From NCBI GenBank assembly GCA_040900375.1, contig JBBDZC010000012.1:39301-103300 (forward strand): a stretch of DNA of 64,000 bases, read 5' to 3'. The position numbers and the translations under genes were made by a program. This stretch comes from Candidatus Anderseniibacteriota bacterium. GTDB taxonomy: Bacteria > Patescibacteriota > Andersenbacteria > UBA10190. This document shows positions 1-9,866 of this stretch, one piece after another. The notes below the pieces were generated by a model. The model saw nothing but the letters and a program-made list of their open reading frames with translations. It had not been told where the DNA came from and did no database searches. How positions within the stretch are numbered: position 1 is the first letter of the stretch; every line of letters begins with the position of its first letter.

Positions 1-945
1 TGGCGAGACCAAGAACGGGCCCAGCATCAAACTCAAGAATTGGCACGGGCGAAAGCGACGGTGGAGTTCGTGGAGCAGCAGACAAAAATTATTGACGAGA
101 CGCGCGAACTCCTCAAGCTTGCCACAGCAGAAGAGGATGCAGCTACCCTTAGCGATATTAAAAAAACGAGCGCGGCGGTGGCAGCGACACTGACACGGAA
201 AGAACGAGAATTACTCTTCAATGGACCGCATGATCAAAGTAATGCGATTGTGATGATTCAAGCCGGCGCGGGGGGGACTGATGCCCAGGATTGGGCGATG
301 ATGCTCGAGCGCATGTACCTACGGTTGGCAGAGTCCCGGGGTTGGAAAAGCCATTTGCTCGAGCGCCAAATAGGGGAGGAGGCCGGCATTAAACACTCAA
401 CGTTTGAGCTTAAAGGGAATTATGCTTATGGCATCTTAAAACAAGAGCATGGTGTCCATCGGTTAGTGCGTCTCTCACCCTTTAACGCGGATAATTTACG
501 CCAAACATCCTTTGCTGGTGTAGAAATTCTGCCCAAAATTACTTTCCAAGAAGCAATGCCGCTTGATACCAAGGATCTTGTTATTGATACGTTTCGGGCA
601 AGTGGGGCGGGCGGGCAGCATGTTAATAAAACCAGCTCGGCCGTGCGGATTCACCATTTGCCCACGGGCATTATTGTCAGCTGTCAGAATGAACGTTCCC
701 AGGCGCAAAACAAGGAGCAAGCATTGAGTATCCTGCGCGCCAAACTTCAAATCCTAGCTGAACAGGCGCACGCAGAGCAATTAAGCGAGCTAAAAGGAGT
801 GGCTCATGAAGTAGCCTGGGGAAATCAAATTCGCTCATATATCTTGCATCCCTATACACTCGTTAAAGATCACCGCACTGGCCAAGAGGAAACCGATGTA
901 CACAAGGTTCTTGATGGCGATCTGCAGGCTTTTTTACCGCTGTAA
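1..945 (+). CDS. prfB: Peptide chain release factor 2 (5' truncated by window edge)
   Basis: GAGGTDAQDW, SPF anticodon-mimic motif (RLSPF), GGQ (GAGGQHVN), WGNQIRSY; the frame is open from base 1 (WRDQERA...). Confidence 0.97.
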   Translation, partial: WRDQERAQHQTQELARAKATVEFVEQQTKIIDETRELLKLATAEEDAATLSDIKKTSAAVAATLTRKERELLFNGPHDQSNAIVMIQAGAGGTDAQDWAMMLERMYLRLAESRGWKSHLLERQIGEEAGIKHSTFELKGNYAYGILKQEHGVHRLVRLSPFNADNLRQTSFAGVEILPKITFQEAMPLDTKDLVIDTFRASGAGGQHVNKTSSAVRIHHLPTGIIVSCQNERSQAQNKEQALSILRAKLQILAEQAHAEQLSELKGVAHEVAWGNQIRSYILHPYTLVKDHRTGQEETDVHKVLDGDLQAFLPL

Positions 946-1047
946 TCTTCTTTTCTTAAAATAGACGCTTAGGGGGAAGCAAAGCATATGATATACTGGC
1001 CTATACAAGCTTTCCCTATATATGCTTACTTATAACCAGCCGCGCGC

Positions 1048-1728
1048 ATGATTACCTTTACCGAGGTATCAAAAGCCTATACGCCCGAAAGTGCCGCGCT
1101 TGCGAACGTTACCCTCAAGATTCCAACTGGTGATTTTGTTTCGATCGTGGGTCAGTCCGGCGCCGGTAAATCAACGCTCCTCAAACTACTCTCCGCCGAA
1201 GAGCGCCCGTCAGCGGGAAAAATTGTCATTGACGGCTGGGATATCACCCAGATCAAGAAATGGCAAATTCCTCACCTGCGGCGGCAAATTGGCGTGGTGT
1301 TTCAGGATTTTAAACTCCTGCCCAAGCGCACGGCTTTTGAAAACGTGGCGTTTGCCATGGAAGTGGGTGGCGCTCTGTCGCGCGAGATTCGCGAAACAGT
1401 ACCGCATATTCTCAAATTAGTTAACTTGCTGGAAAAAGCGAATGTCTACCCCACGGAAATGTCGGGTGGCGAGAAACAGCGCGTGGCAATTGCTCGGGCC
1501 TTAGCGTATAAGCCACAGATTCTCTTAGCTGATGAGCCAACCGGTAACCTCGATGCACTCCATTCGTGGGATATTGTCCAACTGCTAATTAAAATTAATA
1601 AATTAGGTACAACCGTGTTGCTGGCCACACATAATGATGACATTGTGAACGCACTTAAAAAAAGAGTAGTTACTATTAACAAGGGGGCGGTGATCTCTGA
1701 TCAGCAGGGAGGAACCTATAAATTATGA
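1048..1728 (+). CDS. ftsE: Cell division ABC ATPase FtsE
   Basis: Walker A GQSGAGKS, LRRQIGVVFQDFKLL, SGGEKQR, LADEPTGNLD; upstream of ftsX. Confidence 0.95.
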   Translation: MITFTEVSKAYTPESAALANVTLKIPTGDFVSIVGQSGAGKSTLLKLLSAEERPSAGKIVIDGWDITQIKKWQIPHLRRQIGVVFQDFKLLPKRTAFENVAFAMEVGGALSREIRETVPHILKLVNLLEKANVYPTEMSGGEKQRVAIARALAYKPQILLADEPTGNLDALHSWDIVQLLIKINKLGTTVLLATHNDDIVNALKKRVVTINKGAVISDQQGGTYKL

Positions 1729-1925
1729 CCCCGAAATACATCTTTCCCCATGTTCTTCTCGCAATTTTAGGAAATACTACGGATACTTACCTGCTGGAGA
1801 AGAACATGGTAGTGCTCAACGTCATAATTGTTTAGAATAGCTATGTTGCCAGAAATATTTTTCCCTCTAAGGAATCTAAAACTAGTCGTATCGGCCAAAT
1901 GGCCGGGAAAGTTGTTATACGGGGT

Positions 1926-2852
1926 ATGATTGGCATTTCCTTTATGCGCATTCTGCGGACCGCTTTCCAGAATTTGTGGCGTAATATCTGGCTGGCGGTG
2001 GCAACGCTCATTATCACGACGATTACGCTCTTGATGATGTCCGTGCTCTACTTTGCTAACATTTTTGGGGTGCAAGTTCTCCAAAATATTGAAGATAAAG
2101 TTGACTTGTCCGTGATTTTCAAAGAAAACGTTCAGGAACAATACATTACTACCATTGCCCAGGAAGTACGGGCACGGCAGGATGTGCAGGCGGTAACCAT
2201 TGTGACGAGCGCGCAAGCTTTGGATATTTTCCGCCAACGCCACGTAGATGACCCCTTAATCGAGGAATCGCTGCAAGAGCTCCAAGATAATCCGCTGCCG
2301 GCCACTATGTACATTGTGGCCACTGAACCGCGGTTCTATCAAAATATTGCTCAAAGCCTTGAGGCTGAGAAGTACAGCCCTTTTATTGATCGGGTTAATT
2401 ATGAGAATTCGCGCGGAGTGATTGAGCGCCTAATTGCCATTATTTCCTCGGTTAAAAACATCGGATTCTTGGTGACGGTGACGTTTGCGTTGCTCGTGGT
2501 CCTGATCATGTTTAATACCGTCCGGCTCGCCATTTATAGTTTCCGTGAAGAGATTGACATTATGCGCTTGGTCGGTGCCTCGCGCTGGTTTATCCAGGGA
2601 CCCTTTGTGATTGAGGCAGTGATTGTGGCAGTTGTCGCCGTCGGGGTTGCCAGTACATTGATCTACCCCGCGCTCAAAGCAGTCGCCCCGCAACTACAAC
2701 GGTTCTTCTTTGATACGCAAGAGAGCCAATTCAATATTTACCAGTACGCGCTTGAACACTGGACAACCGTGATTGGTTTACAAATGCTTTTGGCCGTGGG
2801 TCTGGCAATCTTCAGTAGCTTGATCGCCGTCCGCCGTTACCTCCGCGATTGA
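1926..2852 (+). CDS. ftsX: Cell division permease FtsX
   Basis: 4-TM pattern, NPLP motif, FNTVRLAIYSFREEIDIMRLVGAS-WFIQGPF; start chosen at ATG 1926 (ORF track starts 1899). Confidence 0.93.
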   Translation: MIGISFMRILRTAFQNLWRNIWLAVATLIITTITLLMMSVLYFANIFGVQVLQNIEDKVDLSVIFKENVQEQYITTIAQEVRARQDVQAVTIVTSAQALDIFRQRHVDDPLIEESLQELQDNPLPATMYIVATEPRFYQNIAQSLEAEKYSPFIDRVNYENSRGVIERLIAIISSVKNIGFLVTVTFALLVVLIMFNTVRLAIYSFREEIDIMRLVGASRWFIQGPFVIEAVIVAVVAVGVASTLIYPALKAVAPQLQRFFFDTQESQFNIYQYALEHWTTVIGLQMLLAVGLAIFSSLIAVRRYLRD

Positions 2853-2894
2853 TAATACCCTGGGTAGGTGTCTTTAAAGGTAGGTAAACGGCGT

Positions 2895-3848
2895 TTAAAG
2901 GCGACTTAAAATATCATTTAAGGACGCGGGTAGTTCTTGGACACGGACAAGGGGCGTTTGGCTGACAATGTCATAGACAGAAGGCAGGTAGCGCGCTGAC
3001 TGCACGATAATGCGCAGTCGTTGGCCGACAAAGCGAGATGAAGGCAGCAGCCGCACCTCTATCACTCCAGGGTGGCCGCGGAGCTTGCGCAAAACGTCAT
3101 ACCGCAAACCCTCGATCCAAACATCAAGAATGCGCGGACAAGCTAAGGCATTGGCAATCTCATTGCATGTGCCTAAATGCGCCAGAGTAGCTTGGTGGAG
3201 AAGCACCATGGGCCAGTCTAACGTTTCAGCGGTAGCGACAAATCGCGTGGCAACAATAATAGTGCGGTTAGGAAAGAGTGAGGGTAATAAACTCTTGAGC
3301 GGTAGAACACCGAGCTGATCGGCAGTATCATCAAGTAAGATGAGCGGGGCATCCGAGAGGGCCGCACGCGCGAGATTAAGACGCAGCCGCTCGGCCGTAG
3401 AAAGTAAACGAGCAGACCGATGCATAACCGAGTTTAATTGTACCAGGTCACTAATCTCACCAATGCGGGCTGGCAGACTGGTAATCTGATGAGTAGTGCC
3501 AAAAGCTTGGAGAACCTCAAACGCGCTCTCGTGCGCAGGTTCCGACTCTTCGGCCGAAACATACCCAGCTGCTAAATCTTTAACTTTATGGGGGGCCACG
3601 CCATTAACATGAATTGTACCCTTGCTCGCTGCCGTTATACCGGCCAGAAGCCGCAGTAACGTAGTTTTGCCTGCTCCTTCACGGCCGAAAACGGTCACGC
3701 AGTCACTTTGATTTAGGCGTAAATTGATGTCGCGCAAGACAGAGTGAGGGTGAGGAGACCGGCCGAAAAGTGAAGTCAGGAAGGAGGATTGGGGCTGATA
3801 GTCGACGTAGACATGGCGCAGATCAACAAACGAAGGCTGGTGGTCCAT
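2895..3848 (-). CDS. ABC transporter ATP-binding protein, degenerate signature
   Basis: Walker A GREGAGKTT, LSTAERLRLNLARA, LILLDD; start probably MDHQP at 3848. Confidence 0.75.
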   Translation of the reverse strand: MDHQPSFVDLRHVYVDYQPQSSFLTSLFGRSPHPHSVLRDINLRLNQSDCVTVFGREGAGKTTLLRLLAGITAASKGTIHVNGVAPHKVKDLAAGYVSAEESEPAHESAFEVLQAFGTTHQITSLPARIGEISDLVQLNSVMHRSARLLSTAERLRLNLARAALSDAPLILLDDTADQLGVLPLKSLLPSLFPNRTIIVATRFVATAETLDWPMVLLHQATLAHLGTCNEIANALACPRILDVWIEGLRYDVLRKLRGHPGVIEVRLLPSSRFVGQRLRIIVQSARYLPSVYDIVSQTPLVRVQELPASLNDILSRL

Positions 3849-3976
3849 GCAGGCTAGTATATCATACTGCCCTTGGGTTAGGCGCCCGGCAGTGGACAAA
3901 AAATAAAGGGTGGCGGTATGGTAATTGCAGAAGATTGTTCTCTTTAACCAATCCACCCAATTCGGGAGGAAAAATC

Positions 3977-4552
3977 ATGACGCAAGCTCTGGCTGTCGAA
4001 AAGATAGTGGAAAAACTTTGCGCCTTCTTCACTCCACCCCGTTCCCATCTCATTCTCAATCAAAAGCAATACAAAAGATTGAACACTCCCGTCTATGTGA
4101 TGGCGGTGTGGCAAGGGCAGAGCAGAAATTTTGCTTTTCCGGTCGATGAACCGATGGACGCTGACATTCTTCCCCGTACTTTCACACTGACCAAGTCTGA
4201 TGATTTAGCAGTATTCATGCTCGGCAGTGCGGCGGAAGTATTGAATGCCAGAGTGAGGCACCTCACTGCTTTTCTTGGCCATCGCTCACCGAATTTGCAT
4301 CTACCGGCTGACTCGACGCTGGACTACTTGACTGCCGCCGAGACCAATAACCAACTTGATACACTAGAGCAGCTTGGCGAAGTTGAGGTTGGCCTCGATA
4401 TACATGTTGCTCTGCCAGGGACAATGCAGGCGCCAAGGTGCTTTAAATCAGTGGTTCGGGCGGTGCCTTTGGCCGCGCTGTTTACTCCGGCACAGTTGGC
4501 GCAGGCACTCCAAGTGGACCAGCCAAAGCTGCGATTTCGAGAGTTTTTCTAA
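3977..4552 (+). CDS. Hypothetical protein (orphan)
   Basis: GGAGG RBS before ATG 3977, own promoter-like sequence and downstream terminator. Confidence 0.65.
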   Translation: MTQALAVEKIVEKLCAFFTPPRSHLILNQKQYKRLNTPVYVMAVWQGQSRNFAFPVDEPMDADILPRTFTLTKSDDLAVFMLGSAAEVLNARVRHLTAFLGHRSPNLHLPADSTLDYLTAAETNNQLDTLEQLGEVEVGLDIHVALPGTMQAPRCFKSVVRAVPLAALFTPAQLAQALQVDQPKLRFREFF

Positions 4553-4571
4553 AGCGCAGACCATGAGAGCC

Positions 4572-4606
4572 CCCACGTCGATCAGGGAAGACGACGTGGG
4601 ATTTTT
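4572..4606 (+). terminator. Intrinsic terminator
   Basis: CCCACGTCG...CGACGTGGG stem followed by ATTTTT, between convergent genes. Confidence 0.75.
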
Positions 4607-5195
4607 AATTGTGAGACTCGGCGGGCGGCGGGAGAGGTGTCCCTGTTGTTACGGGCGTTTGCCAAGCTTGCTTGGCGGATAGGCGAGCGCCGAGTAACCC
4701 GGGAACATACTGAATGGCTAAAAATAAACTAAAGGTAAAAATCATGTCGCCAAAGAGCGTGTTGCGGAAGAAGGGCAGGGCATAGAGATACGATAAGATA
4801 AGGCCGTCGAGCGTGCGGGCATACATGCCTGACCACCACCACACCGCGGCATTCGTCACGAGATAAAATAACACCGAGCTTATAACAGTCACGCCGATGG
4901 TCCGCCAGGGCCGAAAACTGCCATGAAGCAGGTGGCCGAGTAAGGCAATAAGGCCAAAGCAGCTATAAACTGCCACCGTGATTTCGATTTGGTCAAAGCC
5001 GATCATGGTGTCGGAAATGAACATGGCAACCAACGGCAGGGCGAGAGCCAGAGGAACACTCACCATAGATCCAGCGACAAGTGCCAGGGCGGCTATGGGT
5101 GCCACGTTAGGAATATGCTCGCTCACCCGGGCGGCAACGGAGAAAATAACGAGGCTTATCATTAACAAGAAAGTATAAAATTGCGATAATCTCAT
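4605..5195 (-). CDS. DUF6580-like membrane protein, putative ECF S-component-like B12 transporter
   Basis: PNVAPIAALAL, SD-MIG, FYLVTN-AVW, Y-ALPFFRNTL-GD motifs; ~6 TM; last gene of the riboswitch operon. Confidence 0.75.
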   Translation of the reverse strand: MRLSQFYTFLLMISLVIFSVAARVSEHIPNVAPIAALALVAGSMVSVPLALALPLVAMFISDTMIGFDQIEITVAVYSCFGLIALLGHLLHGSFRPWRTIGVTVISSVLFYLVTNAAVWWWSGMYARTLDGLILSYLYALPFFRNTLFGDMIFTFSLFLAIQYVPGLLGARLSAKQAWQTPVTTGTPLPPPAESHN

Positions 5196-5204
5196 ATCAC
5201 CACC

Positions 5205-7301
5205 TTAGAGCACGTTAAGCTTAGCGAGCAAGCGCGTCAGCGTTACCCCCACGCCAATATTCGCTAATCCAAAGAGAGCAAAGGCAAACCGGTGATCAGT
5301 TGCCGTCACTGGCACAGGCGGAGTAAGCGAGGAGGAAAGTGGTGGCGTAACGCGCGGCGATGATAGCGGAGAGATTATCGGTGACGATAGAGCCGCTTGG
5401 GTAGCCAATCTCTCATCGGGGCCGGCGAGGCTCTGGTAGTAAGGAGAGGGCGACATAACGGGGACGCTGGTGGTGGTGCCGGCTGCTCTTGCGACGGGCG
5501 GCACGGAAATTTGAGTCGCAAGGAGAGAAGAGTCGTCGGTGGTAATTTGGCCGCCCACAATATCAGTAATCACTGGCAGGGTCGTAACCGGCCACGGCGT
5601 ACCGAGAAGAGCGACTGCTGCGTACGCTGTCATAAAAGCCGACACATCGGTATGTGACCGCCACCCAAAACCACCGGTGGCTGATTGATACCGCAGCAGA
5701 GCATGCCAGGGTGTGGCGCCGGTAGTATTTTGCCAATCGTTGGGATTCTCACCTAGGGCAATAATGGCTTGCAGAGCCCACGCCGTGCTGGCCGAGTTTT
5801 CGCCAAAGCCACCATACTGATCTTGATTAAGCTGCAAGTAGTGCCGCGCGCGCTCGAGCGCCTCCTGAACATTATGCTCGCCACCCTGTCGCTGATAGGC
5901 TTGCAGGGCTTGGGTCGCCGCGGCGGTAATATCAATGCCTACCCACGAACCGTTCGCTGTCTGCTTGGTAAGAATTGTTTGGACGGTGGCGGCAATCGGG
6001 TTACCGCTGACTGGCTCACCGGCGGCCAGCAGAGCGAGAACTCCAAAAATATCATCATTCACGAGTGTTTCTTCGCCAATTTGATTGTGGTGATAGTAGC
6101 CTTTGAGCTTCGTAACTAAGTTTTGGCCGCCGAAGCGCCGCGGGTCACCGCCCCCCGCTCGCACCGCCAATACGAGCCGTTCTACATCTAGAGCGGATTC
6201 AAGAGACGTCCGGGCGAGCGCGTGGGCCAAACTATTGCTACCGACCGTAACGGCGCTGGCTCGTTCATTATTAGCTCCAAAGGCAATGGCACTCCACGCC
6301 GAGGTAATTTGACCATCAATACTGCCGTCACCCTGCTGGCGGGCGCGCAGATAACGGAGCGCTTGGGCAGCGCGCTCTTGCCGGTCAGTCGTTGTTATTC
6401 CAGCCACGTGCCCGGGTGGGGGAGTGGGGGATGGAGATAGTGTTGGTATCGCTGGAGTCGGTGAGGGACTGGGTAATGGTGACGGGAAAAGACTGGGGCT
6501 AGGAGAGCTACTGGCAACAGGGCTTGGGGAAGGGCTTAGAGATGGCGAGGGGGTGGGAGTGGGAGAGGATATGGGACTCGGTGAAGGCACAAGCACGGTG
6601 ACTACCTGGCGAGCACTGCGGATAAAAGTAGGGCCGGAAGCCTCAATAGTTAATTCACCAGGGGTGGGGGTGATGATCACCACGCCATCAGCGCCAACTT
6701 CGTGTGACTTGTCATTGACATGTAGGGTAGCGCCGCCAGCATTTTCCCACTGTCCGTGCCAGTTAAAATTTTCATCGTAGTCACCCACACGCTGCTCAAC
6801 CAAAATTTCCGCGGGTTGATCAGCATTTATGGGAGATGGCAAAGTGACGCGCAGGGGAACGCCCGGAAAAGCAGCAAAGGCTAACAGGAGATCATCTCCG
6901 GACTGGGGAGTGTAGCTATCTATCCCAACAGCCGCCGGGTCATAATTGACAAAAAATCCCCAGGATTTTGAGAAATCTGCAGGTGTGTCGTCATTGCCAA
7001 TTCGTTTGAGGAAAAGGCCAAAGCCAAAATCCTGAAATTCATAGGTTAAACCCGTAGCTTCCGCGGCAGCAACTAATGCGCAAGCACCCACTGAACTCAA
7101 CTCATGGGCAACTCCCGTCGTATCTACCACCGTGCAGTCACCAGCAGCGACGTGACCGGCGAACAGGGTGGCGGCGCTGCCCTCAATGCGCAGGTGGACA
7201 GTGGTGGCCGCGCGTACCGGAACAAATGTAACCGCAATGGCGCCGGTCGTGAGGATAAAGAACAGCCCGGCAGCGACAACGCGGTGAATGTTTTCTCTCA
7301 T
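5205..7301 (-). CDS. Membrane-anchored surface protein: DUF4430 (transcobalamin-like beta domain) + Pro/Ser linker + prenyltransferase/squalene-cyclase-like alpha-barrel repeats
   Basis: GLFLKRIG...WGFFVN...VGID-Y-PQSGD; repeats Q-GDGS, Q-ANGSW, QDQYGGFG, Q-ATGGFG; C-terminal hydrophobic helix. Confidence 0.8.
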   Translation of the reverse strand: MRENIHRVVAAGLFFILTTGAIAVTFVPVRAATTVHLRIEGSAATLFAGHVAAGDCTVVDTTGVAHELSSVGACALVAAAEATGLTYEFQDFGFGLFLKRIGNDDTPADFSKSWGFFVNYDPAAVGIDSYTPQSGDDLLLAFAAFPGVPLRVTLPSPINADQPAEILVEQRVGDYDENFNWHGQWENAGGATLHVNDKSHEVGADGVVIITPTPGELTIEASGPTFIRSARQVVTVLVPSPSPISSPTPTPSPSLSPSPSPVASSSPSPSLFPSPLPSPSPTPAIPTLSPSPTPPPGHVAGITTTDRQERAAQALRYLRARQQGDGSIDGQITSAWSAIAFGANNERASAVTVGSNSLAHALARTSLESALDVERLVLAVRAGGGDPRRFGGQNLVTKLKGYYHHNQIGEETLVNDDIFGVLALLAAGEPVSGNPIAATVQTILTKQTANGSWVGIDITAAATQALQAYQRQGGEHNVQEALERARHYLQLNQDQYGGFGENSASTAWALQAIIALGENPNDWQNTTGATPWHALLRYQSATGGFGWRSHTDVSAFMTAYAAVALLGTPWPVTTLPVITDIVGGQITTDDSSLLATQISVPPVARAAGTTTSVPVMSPSPYYQSLAGPDERLATQAALSSPIISPLSSPRVTPPLSSSLTPPVPVTATDHRFAFALFGLANIGVGVTLTRLLAKLNVL

Positions 7302-7900
7302 TGCCCGTCCTCCATGTGCATCGCTTCATACTGCCAGCTGATTTGATCGCCCAGATTGACGATGGCATTAGAGGCTCCAAGCGGGGAACGAGTGCTATTG
7401 ATGTAGAGATACCAATAAAGTTGCTGGGTAGGATCATTGGCGAGGCCGTTAATAGATTCTACGAGCAGCCCAAGGGATCCGCCGAAATCTTTGGTAGTCA
7501 TAGTGAGACCATGCGCCGCCGCCGCGTTCATAACTTCAATTACCGTCCGGGGCGCAGTCGTGGCTACTTGATAATCGGTATTCTGGCCCTGCGCTGCTAT
7601 ACGTAAGCCCACTGTTTCTGTGGGTGCACTGGCTGTCGTTACGACAGCTGTCGTGGAGGGAGGGAGAACTACTGGAGCCACTGAAGCAGTGGCGGAAAAG
7701 GTGGCGGTGGCCGGTGTGGTTGCCAGAGATGGGGGTGTTTCACTGGCTGGTTGCTGGGGCCAGCGAGTGAGTACGAAACCGAGGATGATGACCAGCGGGA
7801 CAAGAATAGCGAGGATAATAGCTTCCCCCTGAATTAAACCTGTTTGTCCATTTTTTCTATAGGGTGGCGCCCCAGAGAGAAGATCGGCAATTTTCTTCAT
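7298..7900 (-). CDS. DUF4430 (transcobalamin C-terminal-like) domain membrane protein
   Basis: GLLVESINGLAND...YWYLYIN...SPLGASNAIVNLGDQISWQY; N-terminal TM; overlaps the next gene by 4 nt. Confidence 0.85.
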   Translation of the reverse strand: MKKIADLLSGAPPYRKNGQTGLIQGEAIILAILVPLVIILGFVLTRWPQQPASETPPSLATTPATATFSATASVAPVVLPPSTTAVVTTASAPTETVGLRIAAQGQNTDYQVATTAPRTVIEVMNAAAAHGLTMTTKDFGGSLGLLVESINGLANDPTQQLYWYLYINSTRSPLGASNAIVNLGDQISWQYEAMHMEDGQ

Positions 7901-7916
7901 GATAATAATAGTGATA

Positions 7917-7945
7917 AAAAAATTAACCTCTGCCCAAGACAGAGG
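7917..7945 (-). terminator. Riboswitch expression-platform terminator
   Basis: minus strand CCTCTG-TCTTGGG-CAGAGG followed by TTAATTTTTT, between aptamer and first start codon. Confidence 0.7.
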
Positions 7946-7989
7946 ATATTTTTACACCACTAGTAGTGGATTCCTGCTCGGGAGAGTGA

Positions 7990-8090
7990 CACGTTAGCGA
8001 AGGATCGGACTTTAACCCCTTGACTAGCTCGGGGTAAACCGTTGCGGCACAGTGTGGGAATTACACCCACTTCACTTCACAAACAATTTT
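7990..8090 (-). ncRNA. Cobalamin riboswitch (short form); boundaries approximate
   Basis: minus strand GTGAAGTGGGTGTAATTCCCACACTGTGCCGCAACGGT...AAGTCCGATCC matches the B12-element core (GAA-GGTG-AA-TCC-C-CTG-CCGCAAC-GT ... AGYC-G). Confidence 0.85.
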
Positions 8091-8192
8091 TAATTGGCAA
8101 CGAATTGCTTACTTATTAGTATTCCTAAAGTTGCGAAGCGGTCAAGTAAGAATGAATGAATTTTTCCACATAGTGTTTGGAAATCAATACTG

Positions 8193-8265
<73 letters not shown>

Positions 8266-8373
8266 ATAACCAAATGTGGGCGTACCTCACTATACGACGC
8301 AGATACCACCCCCGCAAGCATGCTGCCGCGCTATCTTTACAGGAGGATTGTCCCTGGGTATGCTTAGGTGTTT

Positions 8374-9072
8374 ATGATGTCCATATGTCGTGGGGAAAGA
8401 ATATCCCCCTTAGGTTTTCTCTTTGTTGCCTGCGCACTCGTGAGTGCCTCCTGGGGACACGTGTTGCCTGATCATGTACTTGCGCAAGAAAGTTCAGCGG
8501 CAGTCGTTTTCCAGATAACCGATGATCGACACGCCGTGCAGCCGGGCGAGAGCGTTGTGTTTCGCGTTACCGCCCGCAACTCGCAAAGCAGTGATGCTGG
8601 GGGAGTACGAATCACTGCTCATATTCCTGATTACCTCGTGCCGCTCTCTACTTCGCCAGCGGTTATTGCAAATCCCGATGCCCGCACGTTGACGTGGGAG
8701 AATATTACTCTGCCGGCGCGAGCTGAACAAACTTTTTCCTTCCGTGCCCAAATCGCCCAAGAAACACCTCCTAACACCATGCTGCGCACTGCCGCCGAGA
8801 TTATTGGTCCGGGGGTGCGCAGTAATTCTACGGACACTACACTTGTGGAATCAGTGCCGTTTATTGTGACCGAACAAGCAGCTACCACCACTGCTCCAAG
8901 TGTAGTGACTACACCGGTGCCACCAGCGGTTGTGCCCACGGCCCGCACTGGTCCAGCACATGGTCTGGCTATAGCGAGCCTGGCGCTCGTACTAGCGGCG
9001 GCGGCAGGACGGGCTGCCTACCAACAAACAGGGGTATCTGTCCATAATTTTCGCCCATTCTCCCAATTTTAG
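8374..9072 (+). CDS. Secreted/membrane-anchored DUF11-like (Ig-fold) protein
   Basis: signal peptide; VQPGESVVFRVTARN...ITAHIP...TLTW pattern; C-terminal TGP + hydrophobic helix. Confidence 0.7.
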   Translation: MMSICRGERISPLGFLFVACALVSASWGHVLPDHVLAQESSAAVVFQITDDRHAVQPGESVVFRVTARNSQSSDAGGVRITAHIPDYLVPLSTSPAVIANPDARTLTWENITLPARAEQTFSFRAQIAQETPPNTMLRTAAEIIGPGVRSNSTDTTLVESVPFIVTEQAATTTAPSVVTTPVPPAVVPTARTGPAHGLAIASLALVLAAAAGRAAYQQTGVSVHNFRPFSQF

Positions 9073-9169
9073 CGTTAAGGATGTTAAAAATGGCAGGGAA
9101 ATGTCATTGCTCCTCTAATAGAGCCGCGTTATCGTAAGGAAATATTCATTACCTAACTAGATTTAAGAG

Positions 9170-9799
9170 ATGACGAGTGCAGCCATTATTACGATTGTGG
9201 TCGCCGTAACTATTGTCGCGGGCAGTACAGCCCTAGGGACGTACTACTGGCGTACTTCATCCACAACACCTCGCCCCGCATCTGTAGCAATATCTTTGCC
9301 GTCGGTTGCTCCTACACCTCCCGCCAGCCCTGACGTCAAGGAAGGCGACGAACAGACAGTGACAAGCCCCCTGGTCCAGGGCACGAGCCAGCAGGTTGTT
9401 CCGTCGCCCGCACCATCATCCTTGTCAGTAGCAATCTCGCCCCCGCCTGCCGCGACCGATTCTTCAGCCTCGTTTATGCTCGATTTTATGGATACTCCCG
9501 ATACCATCCGTACCGGGCAATCTTTTACAGTGCGGTGGCGCGTGACGGGACCCGCGGGAGCAGCAGGGGAGAAGACTGCTCTTAAAGTTTCATTAGCGAC
9601 TAACTCTGCCAATAATGGCAGCCAGGCGGCGACTACAAATAATACGACTAATTCCTTCGGCCCATTTATAGTGCCGCGCACATTTTCCAGCGACTTTAAA
9701 TTTGGTAATGCGCCAGGTACAATCAATGTAGAAATCACCGCCAACATTGGCGGCCAAGAACTACGGCAAACTAAGGCCATCCAATTAACACCTGCCTAG
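9170..9799 (+). CDS. Hypothetical membrane-anchored Ser/Thr/Pro-rich protein
   Basis: N-terminal TM, low-complexity linker, beta-rich C-terminus. Confidence 0.65.
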   Translation: MTSAAIITIVVAVTIVAGSTALGTYYWRTSSTTPRPASVAISLPSVAPTPPASPDVKEGDEQTVTSPLVQGTSQQVVPSPAPSSLSVAISPPPAATDSSASFMLDFMDTPDTIRTGQSFTVRWRVTGPAGAAGEKTALKVSLATNSANNGSQAATTNNTTNSFGPFIVPRTFSSDFKFGNAPGTINVEITANIGGQELRQTKAIQLTPA

Positions 9800-9866
9800 C
9801 AACTCAACGAGAAGCAGTGCCAGTAGTGGACGACAGTGCTAATGGCAACGTATACTTTTTCGTATC

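Noticed and set aside
1-60. prfB programmed +1 frameshift site
   Set aside because: It would lie upstream of the window and cannot be assessed
1729-1925. Gene or element between ftsE and ftsX
   Set aside because: Only a 36-codon ORF without recognisable features and no repeat structure
2895-3848. ATPase partner of the B12 operon
   Set aside because: Separated by an opposite-strand gene and terminator; resembles ABC-2 exporter ATPases rather than EcfA/BtuD
6420-6590. Tandem DNA repeat
   Set aside because: Low complexity comes from the Pro/Ser linker codons of the 698-aa protein
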